A model generated the notes under the pieces. The model ran no database searches and was not told where the DNA came from. It worked only from the letters and a program-made list of their open reading frames with translations. A stretch of DNA of 64,000 nucleotides from positions 39,434-103,433 of IMG/VR virus record IMGVR_UViG_3300033463_000048; one strand, written 5' to 3'. A program made the translations under genes and the position numbers. The stretch's first letter is position 1; each line of letters begins with the position of its first letter. Below, one piece after another: positions 28,785 through 38,480 of the stretch. The DNA is from a virus (lineage: Duplodnaviria; Heunggongvirae; Uroviricota; Caudoviricetes).

Positions 28785-29396
28785 ATGGCTTTTTTTCGAT
28801 GCGGAACAGGCAGTGGCGGAACAACAATTGTTGCGCCCGAAATAACAGGATCATTCGGAAATGCAAACGGCCTTCAAATTCAAAACGGGAAGTATATTCG
28901 AAACTTCGGGACAGGTGCAAATGATAATTCCTTCTATCCGCGAACAAGCAGCAATTCTGCGCCTGTGTATGATTTTTCAAAAGATTTTCACATGCGCTTG
29001 AAAGTGAAGTTTACAGGCACATTTTCCGGCGGACAAAGGATTTGCGATCCGCTTATAATTTACTTCAGACAGTCAGGAACGGGAAACAGGGCCGTTGTAG
29101 AATGGTTAGACATAAACAATGCAATCAATTATATCAGGGTGGGCGGCGACGAATTAAACTATACAGCTGACACATGGTATACTATCGACTTGGAAAGCAT
29201 CAGCAATGTTCAAACGTTTACTATCACAGACGGCGTCACGACTGTTACAAAAACAGAACACTTTGCGCAACATGCGGCAATGACAAATCAACGCTTCGGA
29301 AATATCGACAGAACAAATTTGTCTGCTGTGTTTGATTTTTCAGATTGCTTCTTTGAACAGGACGGCGTTATACTGTGGGGCAACAGAAATTCTTGA
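28785..29396 (+). CDS. hypothetical protein in GC-rich mosaic segment (possible receptor-binding accessory protein)
   Basis: RBS aggagg; codon usage and GC clearly higher than flanks. Confidence 0.5.
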   Translation: MAFFRCGTGSGGTTIVAPEITGSFGNANGLQIQNGKYIRNFGTGANDNSFYPRTSSNSAPVYDFSKDFHMRLKVKFTGTFSGGQRICDPLIIYFRQSGTGNRAVVEWLDINNAINYIRVGGDELNYTADTWYTIDLESISNVQTFTITDGVTTVTKTEHFAQHAAMTNQRFGNIDRTNLSAVFDFSDCFFEQDGVILWGNRNS

Positions 29397-29456
29397 TGCG
29401 CACAAAAACCGTCTGAAAATTTCATTTTCAACACATTTTGAAAATTATATAAAATA

Positions 29457-29490
29457 AAGGCATCAGATTTATTTCTGATGCCTTTTCCAA
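29457..29490. terminator. bidirectional rho-independent terminator
   Basis: aaaggcatcaga-tttat-ttctgatgcctttt between convergent genes. Confidence 0.75.
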
Positions 29491-29867
29491 TCTTCATCGT
29501 TCTTCCATTTACTTCGCGCCAAAAACTTATTCTGAAATAAGTCTTCCGCACAATTTATATCTTCAATTTCCCAATAGGGAATACAGTAAATATAAATCTT
29601 ATTCGCTAAACAATAAGAAATTTTTCTCCTATCTCGTTCTTGCGCCTTATGAAATTCGGTCCGGTTTTTGAAATAGATAGGTATCTGTTGGTAATGTTGG
29701 GCGCCGTTGAACTCGAGGATTGAATTTCTACTTGGGATATAGAAATCAAACCTATACTTTCCTCCACGTAAATCCTCAAACGTCTTTTCGCGCTCAAACT
29801 TAATTCCTTTTTTATTTAATAAATCTGCAACTTTTTCTTCGCCTTTACTCATAATTATCCACCTCAC
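29469..29867 (-). CDS. PD-(D/E)XK-like (DUF559/Vsr-like) endonuclease inserted opposite to the structural operon
   Basis: GIKFEREK...YRFDFYIP...ILEFNGAQHY resembles the restriction-endonuclease-like fold. Confidence 0.45.
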   Translation of the reverse strand: MRWIIMSKGEEKVADLLNKKGIKFEREKTFEDLRGGKYRFDFYIPSRNSILEFNGAQHYQQIPIYFKNRTEFHKAQERDRRKISYCLANKIYIYCIPYWEIEDINCAEDLFQNKFLARSKWKNDEDWKRHQK

Positions 29868-29947
29868 TACAATAAAGTAGATTTCTTATAAAAAAACTCT
29901 ACTTATTATAGAGAAAAAGGAATTTTTCACAAAAGGAGCAAAAGGAA

Positions 29948-30805
29948 ATGATAGAAGAAAGAGCACGTTTTATACAACGTTCAAATCCAACCAATAGTTG
30001 GGTTACATATAATCCCGTTCTCCGAAAAGGAGAAATTGGAATAGAAGAAACAACTGATGGGCGCAGATTAATGAAAATCGGTGATGGACAGACTCCGTGG
30101 AATAATCTTCCATATGCAGAACCATACACTGATAAAACACTCTCACTCCACGACTACGCCGCAGACGCTTGGGCGGTAGGAGCGCGTATTAGTGATTTAG
30201 AGTCACGCGTTATAATTCTCGAAAATCCCAAAGTAGAAATTTCTACGTTTTCGTGCGCGCCATCATCTTTTCAATTAGGAAATATAGTTACGTCTGTAGT
30301 ATTAACTTGGAATTATATAAATGGGGAAGATGTAGTATCTCAGTCGATTAATGGAACTTCTATTCCTATTGCCGATAGAACTTACACATTCTCTGATCAA
30401 TCAATTACTTCAACTACAAGTTTTACTTTAACTTGTATAGATACAGATAATCGCTCAATTTCTAAAACAATTTATTTAACGGCGCTACCAATTATTGTTT
30501 ATGGTGCCGCGGAGATCCCATCTGAATACGATTCTACGTTCTTAAATTCCTTAAGCTCTCAACTTTATGATGGAACAGATACATCAGTTACTATAAATGC
30601 CGCAACTAATAAATATTCCTATATTTGTTATCCATTACGTTACGGCGCAAAACATTTCCTTTTTAATAATATAGAAGGCGGTTTTGCTTATCAAGATACA
30701 ATAAGCTATACTAACTCCTATGGCTATACTGAAAGCTATTACATTTACCGTTCAGATTATCCAAGTCTCGGACAAATAAAAATTAAACTAAGAGGTGAAG
30801 TATAA
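29948..30805 (+). CDS. tail fibre protein with conserved N-terminal NPVLxxGExGxE...KIGDGxTxWNxLPY motif
   Basis: RSNPTNSWVTYNPVLRKGEIGIEETTDGRRLMKIGDGQTPWNNLPY, a motif shared by many phage and prophage fibre and hyaluronidase N-termini. Confidence 0.55.
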   Translation: MIEERARFIQRSNPTNSWVTYNPVLRKGEIGIEETTDGRRLMKIGDGQTPWNNLPYAEPYTDKTLSLHDYAADAWAVGARISDLESRVIILENPKVEISTFSCAPSSFQLGNIVTSVVLTWNYINGEDVVSQSINGTSIPIADRTYTFSDQSITSTTSFTLTCIDTDNRSISKTIYLTALPIIVYGAAEIPSEYDSTFLNSLSSQLYDGTDTSVTINAATNKYSYICYPLRYGAKHFLFNNIEGGFAYQDTISYTNSYGYTESYYIYRSDYPSLGQIKIKLRGEV

Positions 30806-31269
30806 TGAGTTATTTCTCAACCGATTTAATAACGGGACTTCACCCAAAAAGTGATTTCCCCGTTCTTCAATCACATTATGTTGAAGTAGAAGATGATGGG
30901 CGCAGATTAAATCAAAGACTTCCATTTCTTTGTACGTCTCTACCTACGGCTTCTGCTGATTATTTCATGACTACAGCGATTCTTTCGCAAGGTGATAATA
31001 CAATTCCATATATTTGTCTCATAGTAGAGGGCACATACCAATGGGTTTTATATTCTGACCTAATAAATGGTGGCACTGGCGTTGATTCTCTTGAGTCTTT
31101 AAGCGATACAGATATTTCTCAAAAGAAAAATCAAGACATACTTTACTATGATAGTTCAAGTAATATGTGGAAAAACCGTTTATTTTCAAAACGTGTGAGC
31201 GCGACAGAATATGCTCTTGTAGATAATAAATATACAGATAATGTAATTTATTTTGTAACTAACGACTAA
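30805..31269 (+). CDS. hypothetical tail-associated protein
   Basis: ATGA overlap with upstream fibre gene; 154 aa. Confidence 0.4.
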   Translation: MSYFSTDLITGLHPKSDFPVLQSHYVEVEDDGRRLNQRLPFLCTSLPTASADYFMTTAILSQGDNTIPYICLIVEGTYQWVLYSDLINGGTGVDSLESLSDTDISQKKNQDILYYDSSSNMWKNRLFSKRVSATEYALVDNKYTDNVIYFVTND

Positions 31270-31282
31270 AGGAGGAATTTAA

Positions 31283-32464
31283 ATGGCAACTGCATTTATG
31301 TATGTAGAAGATTTTCTTGCGGGATGCTATTCATTTGTAGGAGTTTCAAAATATGTAAGTGGTGGATATGGTCAACCACTTACAAGCGCTTTTCTCGCAG
31401 GAAAAGAAAATAAGAAATGGTTTAAGGATAAATCAAAGCAAGACCCTTCAAAGACTAACTGGGAATATCTTTCTCAATTTGCAGATCAGGGATGGTATTG
31501 CACTGACTGCGTATGTCTTTTAAAAGGTGTACTTTGGGGATATCGTGGTGATGGCACAGAAGGTAAATTTGGCTCTAATGGAGTAGAAGATTCTACTGAT
31601 GCAGAATTTTATGATATGTGCTATAATAAAATAGATATTTCTAAGGGGAAAAATAGAGATAAGCTTAAGCCGGGAATGATCCTTCATATGAAGGGACACG
31701 TTGGTACTGTATTTAAGGTTAATGGAAGTGATATTAAAGTAATTGAGAGTTCTCCTAGCCTTGATGGAACTAAAGTAAGTTCAATTAACTATCAACAGTG
31801 GACTGGTGCTGGATATAGTCCTTATATTATTTATGAAGCGAAACCACAGCCACAACCTACACCTGCACCTGTGATAGATCCTATTAAAGCGGGAGATATA
31901 GTTACAATTAAAGAAGGCGCAATTTATGGTGGATCTGCATATGGGACAAAAGTACCTTCTGCCTATATTGGAAAGCCTTATACCGTAACAAAAGTAGAAA
32001 CTCATAATAATGAGAAAGAGGCTTTAATTAAAGAACTTAATTCTTGGGTTCCTACTATGTACCTTACAGTAGTTAAAATTACTGTTGGGATGACTGTAGA
32101 GATTGTTGAGGGCGCGGTGTATGGAGGATCATCTTATGGAGTAAAGGTTCCAAGTGGATGTATTGGTAAGCCTTATACCGTAACCAAAATTGAAACTCAT
32201 AATAATGAAGAAGAGGCACTTTTAAAAGAACTTAATTCTTGGGTTGCGACTAAGTACCTTAAGCCTTATGTAGCAACGACTACACAGAAATATCCTGTAA
32301 AAACCGTATGGGTACAGAATTTGAATGTGAGATATGGGCCTGCAATGTATTATTCAGTAGTGGATATGGTTCATAAAGGAACCAAATTTACTGTATATGA
32401 AACAAAAGGCGATTGGGCACGCGTCGGTAAGAATCAATGGGTTTATAAAAAATATCTTGAATAA
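31283..32464 (+). CDS. endolysin: NlpC/P60- or CHAP-like Cys/His peptidase plus two cell-wall-binding repeats plus C-terminal SH3b-like domain
   Basis: Catalytic-like Cys (GWYCTDCVCLLKG) and His (HVGTVF); two ~65-aa repeats (IYGGSAYG..KPYTVTK.ETHNNE); C-terminal SH3b-like WVQNLNVRYGP...GDWARV. Confidence 0.7.
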   Translation: MATAFMYVEDFLAGCYSFVGVSKYVSGGYGQPLTSAFLAGKENKKWFKDKSKQDPSKTNWEYLSQFADQGWYCTDCVCLLKGVLWGYRGDGTEGKFGSNGVEDSTDAEFYDMCYNKIDISKGKNRDKLKPGMILHMKGHVGTVFKVNGSDIKVIESSPSLDGTKVSSINYQQWTGAGYSPYIIYEAKPQPQPTPAPVIDPIKAGDIVTIKEGAIYGGSAYGTKVPSAYIGKPYTVTKVETHNNEKEALIKELNSWVPTMYLTVVKITVGMTVEIVEGAVYGGSSYGVKVPSGCIGKPYTVTKIETHNNEEEALLKELNSWVATKYLKPYVATTTQKYPVKTVWVQNLNVRYGPAMYYSVVDMVHKGTKFTVYETKGDWARVGKNQWVYKKYLE

Positions 32465-32498
32465 AAAAGAGAGGAGTCAATTATGACTCCTCTTTTAT

Positions 32499-33599
32499 TT
32501 ACTCTAATACCTGCGCCCAATCACATTCTCTAGGCGTCTTATCATCACGGAACCTAATAAGGCGGGGGTGGCGAATATGATGAGATACCTTATCAATCTG
32601 CATACCACCAACTTCTACAACCTTACCTTTATACGCTTCAGGGTTAGCTAAAACTTCTTCAGTAAGTCCGCTCAAATCACCAAAATAAACTGGCTGTCCA
32701 TCCTTTACCAGTCCAAGTTTAAGCGATCCCGCCCAACCATTATAAAAGTTCTTTGTAACTGGCACAATCGGTTCACCACGCATATAATCTTGGTAGTAAA
32801 CACCCTCAGGTAGATTCTCTTCTTTAATATTATCATACCAATAAGTCCACAACTCAATAGATTTTCCTTGATAAAGTTTAGAAGCAGGATTATACCCCAT
32901 GATAAAGCAATCAATAGTTTGTTTAAGTTCTTGCTTTACCTTAATACTTACTCGCGCGGGAGTACGCTTATCATATACGATAGCGTCATTGCGCATAATA
33001 ACCATTCCTTCGCGCCCACTAGCAAGATATTCTTGAAGTTTGTCCCATAATTCTTCACCCTCATAAAATTCTGCATAGTGAATATATTCACTAGAATATT
33101 TCTTCATTTGGTTAATATAATTTTGACGTTCTTTGTATGGAGTTTTATTTAGATTTTTCCCTTCAAAAGCCATACAATCAAAGATATGAAAATGAAGTGG
33201 GGTTTTCTTTTGACGTTCTATTGCTTTTTCTTTAAGGCAACCAAGAATACTAGTAACATTTTTACTACCCTCTGCATCTGGAATATAAACTTCTGCAAGA
33301 ACACAAGTTCCATTTGGGAGAATACCCATCCATTCTTTAAGCTGCGGCACCCAATCAATTTTATCCACAACTTCCCCGTTTACATTTCGTGAGCGCGCGA
33401 TCATAAAACAATTGCCATCTTCATCCTTAAGGATGCGTTGATAAAATCCATCTACTTTTAAACTCCCACTATATTCTCCTGAAAAAATAGCATTTTTTAC
33501 AGTTTCTTTTCTAATATTTTCAGAAGTAGAAGCGGGAAAACTCCAATATTTCATTGGAGAAATATTAAGCCAATCAATTTTATTAATATAACCTTTCAT
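32499..33599 (-). CDS. ATP-dependent DNA (or RNA) ligase
   Basis: Adenylation motif I SLKVDGF (KxDG), OB-fold-like C-terminal region. Confidence 0.65.
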   Translation of the reverse strand: MKGYINKIDWLNISPMKYWSFPASTSENIRKETVKNAIFSGEYSGSLKVDGFYQRILKDEDGNCFMIARSRNVNGEVVDKIDWVPQLKEWMGILPNGTCVLAEVYIPDAEGSKNVTSILGCLKEKAIERQKKTPLHFHIFDCMAFEGKNLNKTPYKERQNYINQMKKYSSEYIHYAEFYEGEELWDKLQEYLASGREGMVIMRNDAIVYDKRTPARVSIKVKQELKQTIDCFIMGYNPASKLYQGKSIELWTYWYDNIKEENLPEGVYYQDYMRGEPIVPVTKNFYNGWAGSLKLGLVKDGQPVYFGDLSGLTEEVLANPEAYKGKVVEVGGMQIDKVSHHIRHPRLIRFRDDKTPRECDWAQVLE

Positions 33600-34420
33600 T
33601 CAATATATCTCCATTCGTATCCATTACAAGTTTTTCTTTTACCTTTACACACTTTTGAAATACTGCTAGGATCTGTTTTAGTTTCTTCACCGGCTTGTTT
33701 TATTGTGTTATATTCTTTTATCAGTTTTCCATTTTTGTATTGTCCTACTTTTCTTAATGGACATTGTTTTAATTTTCTTTTTTGAGGAAGTTCATCTCCT
33801 TCTCTTATCCAAAAGAAACCTTTATATCCATTTTTAGTATTACAAGCAGTTTTTATACTATCCTTATTAAAACCAGTAATATAACTTGCTTCCTTTAAAG
33901 AAGAATAAGAGTTTACTAATTCTAATTCTTCTGTATATTGTAATACTCTTGATTCACTTTGCTTTATCCCGCTGTGTAAAAATCCTCTATCAATAATTTC
34001 TTCTTTATCATAAAGTCCTAATTCTTTCAACACATCTACAACAGATGAATACCACACCCCAAGTTCTTCTGATATTTGACGGACTGATTGTCCTTCTAGA
34101 TATTTAGTAGCAACTTCTTCTCTTTGTATCCATTTTCGGCCATCTCCTCCAATGGTGGTATTGTATCCATTTTTAATTGTGTCTAATTCTTTAATCCAAT
34201 AGATTTCTCTTTCATTAAGAATTTCATCAGAAACATTCTCTTCTAAAGGAATTATAGAAAAATGTTCTAAACCATATTTATTCATCGCTCGATATAAATG
34301 AGTATCGCTCTTCTTTGAAGCATAAATATGTTTACTCCAACGCGAAGCTAAAGTTTCAACAGTTTTCCCAATATAAATTTTTGAATTAAGATCATTTATA
34401 ATTTTATAAATAGTTCCCAT
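33596..34420 (-). CDS. GIY-YIG homing endonuclease
   Basis: GTIYKIINDLNSKIYIGKT ... YNTTIGGDG; C-terminal HTH-like repeats. Confidence 0.8.
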   Translation of the reverse strand: MGTIYKIINDLNSKIYIGKTVETLASRWSKHIYASKKSDTHLYRAMNKYGLEHFSIIPLEENVSDEILNEREIYWIKELDTIKNGYNTTIGGDGRKWIQREEVATKYLEGQSVRQISEELGVWYSSVVDVLKELGLYDKEEIIDRGFLHSGIKQSESRVLQYTEELELVNSYSSLKEASYITGFNKDSIKTACNTKNGYKGFFWIREGDELPQKRKLKQCPLRKVGQYKNGKLIKEYNTIKQAGEETKTDPSSISKVCKGKRKTCNGYEWRYIE

Positions 34421-34508
34421 AAGAAAATTCCTCCTGTTTTCTAAAATAAAGTAAAGATTTGTCCAAGGAAATCTACTTTTAAGATGCCATTTATAAAATA
34501 ATTATAAC

Positions 34509-35045
34509 TTAATTTTCTTTTTCTTTCAAATTTAAAGTCTCAAGGAAGAACTCTGCGGTTTCCTTTAACTCATCAATCGTTCCGTCATTTAAAATCCAAT
34601 AATCATAAGTATAATCAAAGACTTCTTCATCTGCATGATTGGAAGTTTCTTTTTCTTCTGCTTCTTTTCTGGATACAAATATAGTTGTCGCGCTGAATAC
34701 GTCTTTAAGTTTCTCAAGTTCCTTTGGTTCTCTTACACAAATAAATAATGCGCAATCATCTATAACTCCTTCAGATGCAAGTACGTCTTCCCAAAGTCCT
34801 TTTTCATATTCCAACTCTTTAAGAGGAACGTCTCTCCACTCGGTAAGTAAATCTTTCATGTCAGAAAGAAACTTTCTGTCCTTTGGAGTTTTCTCTCCAT
34901 TCCAACCACAATAAAATGCAATTTTCTTTACAAAATCAATTGATGAAATGCTATGTGCGCGAACACCCAAGATATCTTTACAATAATTAATAAATGTGTC
35001 TTTACCAGCGGTTGCACAGCCATTAACCAAAATTACTTTTATCAT
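34509..35045 (-). CDS. deoxynucleoside monophosphate kinase-like P-loop kinase
   Basis: MIKVILVNGCATAGKDTF resembles the T4 gp1 dNMP kinase N-terminus. Confidence 0.55.
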   Translation of the reverse strand: MIKVILVNGCATAGKDTFINYCKDILGVRAHSISSIDFVKKIAFYCGWNGEKTPKDRKFLSDMKDLLTEWRDVPLKELEYEKGLWEDVLASEGVIDDCALFICVREPKELEKLKDVFSATTIFVSRKEAEEKETSNHADEEVFDYTYDYWILNDGTIDELKETAEFFLETLNLKEKEN

Positions 35046-36000
35046 ATTCTACTCCTAGTTCATTAAGCCACTCTAAAAAAGTTTGTGGAAATACATAAAT
35101 TTTCTTATCTATTGATTTAAATTGGTGTATTTTATCAGAAAGTTCTTCCCAAAATTTAGGACTATTTATTGCTTTTTTTATTGCTGGAATCGAAAAAAAA
35201 TCTTTTAAAAGACGGATTATTTCTTCAGGAATTTCGAATCCGCGTGCTAATGCTGTTTGGAAATATCCGTATGAATGAAAACCATATCCTGCCAGTTTAT
35301 ATACATTTATTCCCTTTTCGTTAAGAAAAATAACTGCTTTGCATACAGCAGTAATATAATCTAGTCCTAAAATACCATTACGTGCAGTGCCTGTTGCTCT
35401 AGTTAAAGAATTATTTTCATCTCTCCAAAGATATAATGGATCCTCTAAATATTTTACATTAGAAGTAAGTCCCATACACTTGATTAAGAAACAAATATCT
35501 TCATTACCTCTAAGCCCTTCTTCAAATCTTATATCATTATTTCTAAGAAAAGAAGTTTTAAAAATTTTTCCATGAAGCCAAATCCTGGCACTAGTTTTAG
35601 GATGAATAAGTTGATCTGCGCTTTTCTTTGATTCTACAGCAATTGTAGACATTACTATGTCAGTATTTAAGTCACGAGTAATTTCATAACTTAATTTTTT
35701 TATTGTATTAGGCATCAGCATATCATCTGAATCAAGAAAAGTTACATAATCTATATTAGATCTATAACATATATCTAACCCATATTGGCGCGCCATGCCT
35801 GGACCGCTATTCTTTTCCATTCTAAAGCATTTAATATGTAATTTATCTACGTATTCATCACATATTTCACATAAATCAATATCACTACAATCATCAATTA
35901 CAATTGTGAAAAAACGTTTGTTTGTTTGATTAACCAAAGAGTCAAGAGCCTCTCTTAACTGATCTGGTCGGTTATAAGCTGGAATTATAACTGCTAACAT
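35023..36000 (-). CDS. family 2 glycosyltransferase (GT-A fold)
   Basis: IIPAYNRPDQLREALDSL...IDDCSD and DSDD motifs. Confidence 0.75.
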   Translation of the reverse strand: MLAVIIPAYNRPDQLREALDSLVNQTNKRFFTIVIDDCSDIDLCEICDEYVDKLHIKCFRMEKNSGPGMARQYGLDICYRSNIDYVTFLDSDDMLMPNTIKKLSYEITRDLNTDIVMSTIAVESKKSADQLIHPKTSARIWLHGKIFKTSFLRNNDIRFEEGLRGNEDICFLIKCMGLTSNVKYLEDPLYLWRDENNSLTRATGTARNGILGLDYITAVCKAVIFLNEKGINVYKLAGYGFHSYGYFQTALARGFEIPEEIIRLLKDFFSIPAIKKAINSPKFWEELSDKIHQFKSIDKKIYVFPQTFLEWLNELGVEYDKSNFG

Positions 36001-36456
36001 TTACTTCTCCTTGACCGCGGCGCCCTTAGCAAGACAGTCAACCATTTCATTGCCTTTAATACCCGCGTGTCCTTTTACTTTAAAAAATTCATATTGTGGA
36101 TTCTCAAAGAAAGGAATTAACTCTTCCCACAGATCGCGGTTTTTAACTACCGTGTTCTTCGAGGTAATCCACCCATTTTCTTTCCACTTTATATACCACT
36201 TTTGCTTATAAGCATTAATAAAGTAGGCAGAGTCACTATAAATACCAATTACTTCTCCCATATCGGCATAACGTTTAGCTAACTTGCACCCTTCAAGCGC
36301 ACCCATAAGTTCCATTCGGTTATTTGTGGTTTTTTCAAAAGGGCCGCCTGAGAAGTAGAATTTATCTTGTCCTATCTGAAGCATAATACCGTATCCACCT
36401 ATAGATTCTTCGGTACCATTACCGCGCGTACTACCATCAGTATAGACTTGAATCAT
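36001..36456 (-). CDS. rnhA: ribonuclease H (RNase HI)
   Basis: YTDGS, NNRMEL, SDS, KVKGHAGIKGNEMVDCLA catalytic motifs. Confidence 0.8.
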   Translation of the reverse strand: MIQVYTDGSTRGNGTEESIGGYGIMLQIGQDKFYFSGGPFEKTTNNRMELMGALEGCKLAKRYADMGEVIGIYSDSAYFINAYKQKWYIKWKENGWITSKNTVVKNRDLWEELIPFFENPQYEFFKVKGHAGIKGNEMVDCLAKGAAVKEK

Positions 36457-36836
36457 TTTATTTTTCCTTTCGTTTTAAGATAGTAATCAATAAGATCCTT
36501 TGCTTTATAATACTCTAAATCAAGTACTCCTTCGTAGGACTTCTTGATTATTTTTTGAAGTTTAACTACATCAACACCTTTTTCTTTTAACTTTTTAATT
36601 TTACAACCATACTTTTTTCCAAGTTTTCTTCTTAAGAAGAAACCTAAATTGGCTTTAAGTTCTTTTCTAACTAAGTTCGCAACCATCGCGCCCATTGCTA
36701 AATAGACCTCTTCTCTATCCCCGAAGCGATTATCAAAACTACTAAAGTCTAGACAAATCTCTTTCTTATCAATAGAATACATATTGATTAAGGTTGCAAT
36801 AGATGATAAAATTCCATCATAATCTTTTTCACTCAT
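36453..36836 (-). CDS. hypothetical basic protein
   Basis: 127-aa ORF with promoter motif upstream at 36860-36898. Confidence 0.4.
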   Translation of the reverse strand: MSEKDYDGILSSIATLINMYSIDKKEICLDFSSFDNRFGDREEVYLAMGAMVANLVRKELKANLGFFLRRKLGKKYGCKIKKLKEKGVDVVKLQKIIKKSYEGVLDLEYYKAKDLIDYYLKTKGKIK

Positions 36837-36859
36837 TTGAACAAACTCCTTCCCATTTT

Positions 36860-36898
36860 TCTTTTATTATACCATACTTTTTCAGAAAAAGCAAATTT
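36860..36898 (-). promoter_or_regulatory. conserved promoter-family member (minus orientation)
   Basis: Minus strand reads aagcaa(-35-like)-17 bp-tataat; plus-strand coordinates attata 36866-71, aagcaa 36889-94. Confidence 0.55.
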
Positions 36899-36959
36899 AC
36901 TGATTTTGATTTCAATTTTTTTACTTATTTTAAGAGAAAGAAAATTTGAAAAAATTTTT

Positions 36960-37000
36960 AAATTGTGTTATTCGCGTGCGCACCCGCGCGTCATGCGCGC
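36960..37000. promoter_or_regulatory. cluster of GC palindromes (GTGCGCAC, CGCGCG-tcatg-CGCGCG) in AT-rich divergent intergenic region; candidate operator
   Basis: ttattcgcgtgcgcacccgcgcgtcatgcgcgcgttatttt immediately downstream of an AAATTTGAAAAAATTTTTAAATTG promoter-like motif. Confidence 0.5.
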
Positions 37001-37044
37001 GTTATTTTAATAAGGAAGTCATTTTGGAGAAAAGGAGTTTTTGT

Positions 37045-38058
37045 ATGGGAGTAGATTTTGTAGATTTCTCTTTCAATGGGAGAACCAATAGACAACTAAA
37101 TATCTCACGTGTCAGTGACGGCTCACGATATACAGAACAGCTACTTCCTCAATTAAAGGACACAACAGTTGATCCCGAGGGAGTAGATGGAGTTTTATTT
37201 TTTAATACATTTTATAAAACTAAACAAATTACATTAAATATTGCTTTTGATGCAGTTACAGAAACACAACTTAGGGAAATACGTAAAATTTTCTGTGGGC
37301 GCCAACCGGCAGATTTAATTTTTTACGAACGTCCATATAAGATATATAATGCAAAAGTAACTGGCACACCAGAAATTAAAGTTATCCCTTTTAGAGAAAG
37401 ACTTGTTTCTGGTAGTAATACTTATATCTTACCTGCAAATGATCCAATTCGTAGTGCAATTCCAGGGGATGATGGAGTGCGCACAGAAATGGTCTATGCA
37501 GAAAATCCGGTACGTATATATAAAGGAGAGGGTACAATAACTCTCTCTGCTTTCACCCCATATGCACACACGCCTGAGAATGGCAAATATCTTGATGGCG
37601 CGGCTTATAGTTCTTGTACTAATATAAGTGACTGGGCAGAAAGCGCGGGATTACTCCCTCATCAAACAGTAGATGGGGTTACTTATGATTCATTTTCTCA
37701 TCTTACTAATCAGATAAGAGTATATAATCCTGGCGATTTGCCTACTCCGTTTGTTTTAAAATTTCAAACAACCGCGGCTGGAGAAACTTCGATTAGCCTT
37801 GGAAAAACAGGACAACTCCCTGAATATGTTCTCACCTTAAATTCCCCTTCTGCGGGAGCATACTTTCTTTTGGACAGTAAGCAGGGACTTATATATAACT
37901 GCGATTCAAGTTATAATCCTATTTCCGTAGCAAATAATTATATAACCGGTGGTACGGCATTATTTAAAATCGGACTTTGTACAATTGAAGATGATTATCG
38001 TTTTACTTTAAGTAATGTATCTAATGCTACCATCTTATATAATTATCTATATTTCTAA
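37045..38058 (+). CDS. siphovirus-type distal tail protein (Dit)-like / phage tail family protein
   Basis: Start MGVDFVDFSFNGRTN with RBS aaaaggag; FxFNG N-terminus resembles Dit; the annotated ORF start at 36946 is probably too far upstream. Confidence 0.45.
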   Translation: MGVDFVDFSFNGRTNRQLNISRVSDGSRYTEQLLPQLKDTTVDPEGVDGVLFFNTFYKTKQITLNIAFDAVTETQLREIRKIFCGRQPADLIFYERPYKIYNAKVTGTPEIKVIPFRERLVSGSNTYILPANDPIRSAIPGDDGVRTEMVYAENPVRIYKGEGTITLSAFTPYAHTPENGKYLDGAAYSSCTNISDWAESAGLLPHQTVDGVTYDSFSHLTNQIRVYNPGDLPTPFVLKFQTTAAGETSISLGKTGQLPEYVLTLNSPSAGAYFLLDSKQGLIYNCDSSYNPISVANNYITGGTALFKIGLCTIEDDYRFTLSNVSNATILYNYLYF

Positions 38059-38070
38059 GGAGGAAAATTT

Positions 38071-38382
38071 ATGGACTATGTAATTGTAATTCTTAAATTG
38101 GTTTGTTTCCTTGCGGCGCAAATTCCTCTTATTATCCAACTAATTAAATATGTAAAGACTGCCGCAAAGGAAAAAGACGGTTGGAAACGTCTTGTAGGAC
38201 TTGCATTAGTTTACATTCAAGAAGCAGAAAAACTTTTTGATAATGGCGCGAGTCGTAAAGAATGGGTTTCTACAATGATTCTTACTACTGCTGATGAAAT
38301 TGGATATAAACTTAGTGAAGATGAACTTTCTAAGTTGATTGATGATTTAGTTGGAATGAGTAAGAATGTTAATGTTGGATAA
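38071..38382 (+). CDS. putative holin-like small membrane protein
   Basis: N-terminal TM helix, charged C-terminus, 103 aa, followed by terminator. Confidence 0.4.
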   Translation: MDYVIVILKLVCFLAAQIPLIIQLIKYVKTAAKEKDGWKRLVGLALVYIQEAEKLFDNGASRKEWVSTMILTTADEIGYKLSEDELSKLIDDLVGMSKNVNVG

Positions 38383-38387
38383 GTTTG

Positions 38388-38417
38388 AAGGCTAGTCTAA
38401 GGACTAGCCTTTAAAAT
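38388..38417 (+). terminator. rho-independent terminator
   Basis: aaggctagtc-taag-gactagcctt followed by T-rich run. Confidence 0.7.
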
Positions 38418-38455
38418 TTGAAAATTTTATAAAATTTAGGTATAATTTATGTAGA
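38412..38455 (+). promoter_or_regulatory. conserved promoter-family member
   Basis: ttgaaa 38418-23, tataat 38441-46, spacer 17, then TTATGTAGAAAG. Confidence 0.65.
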
Positions 38456-38480
38456 AAGAGTAAAAGGAGAAAAAGTTTAA

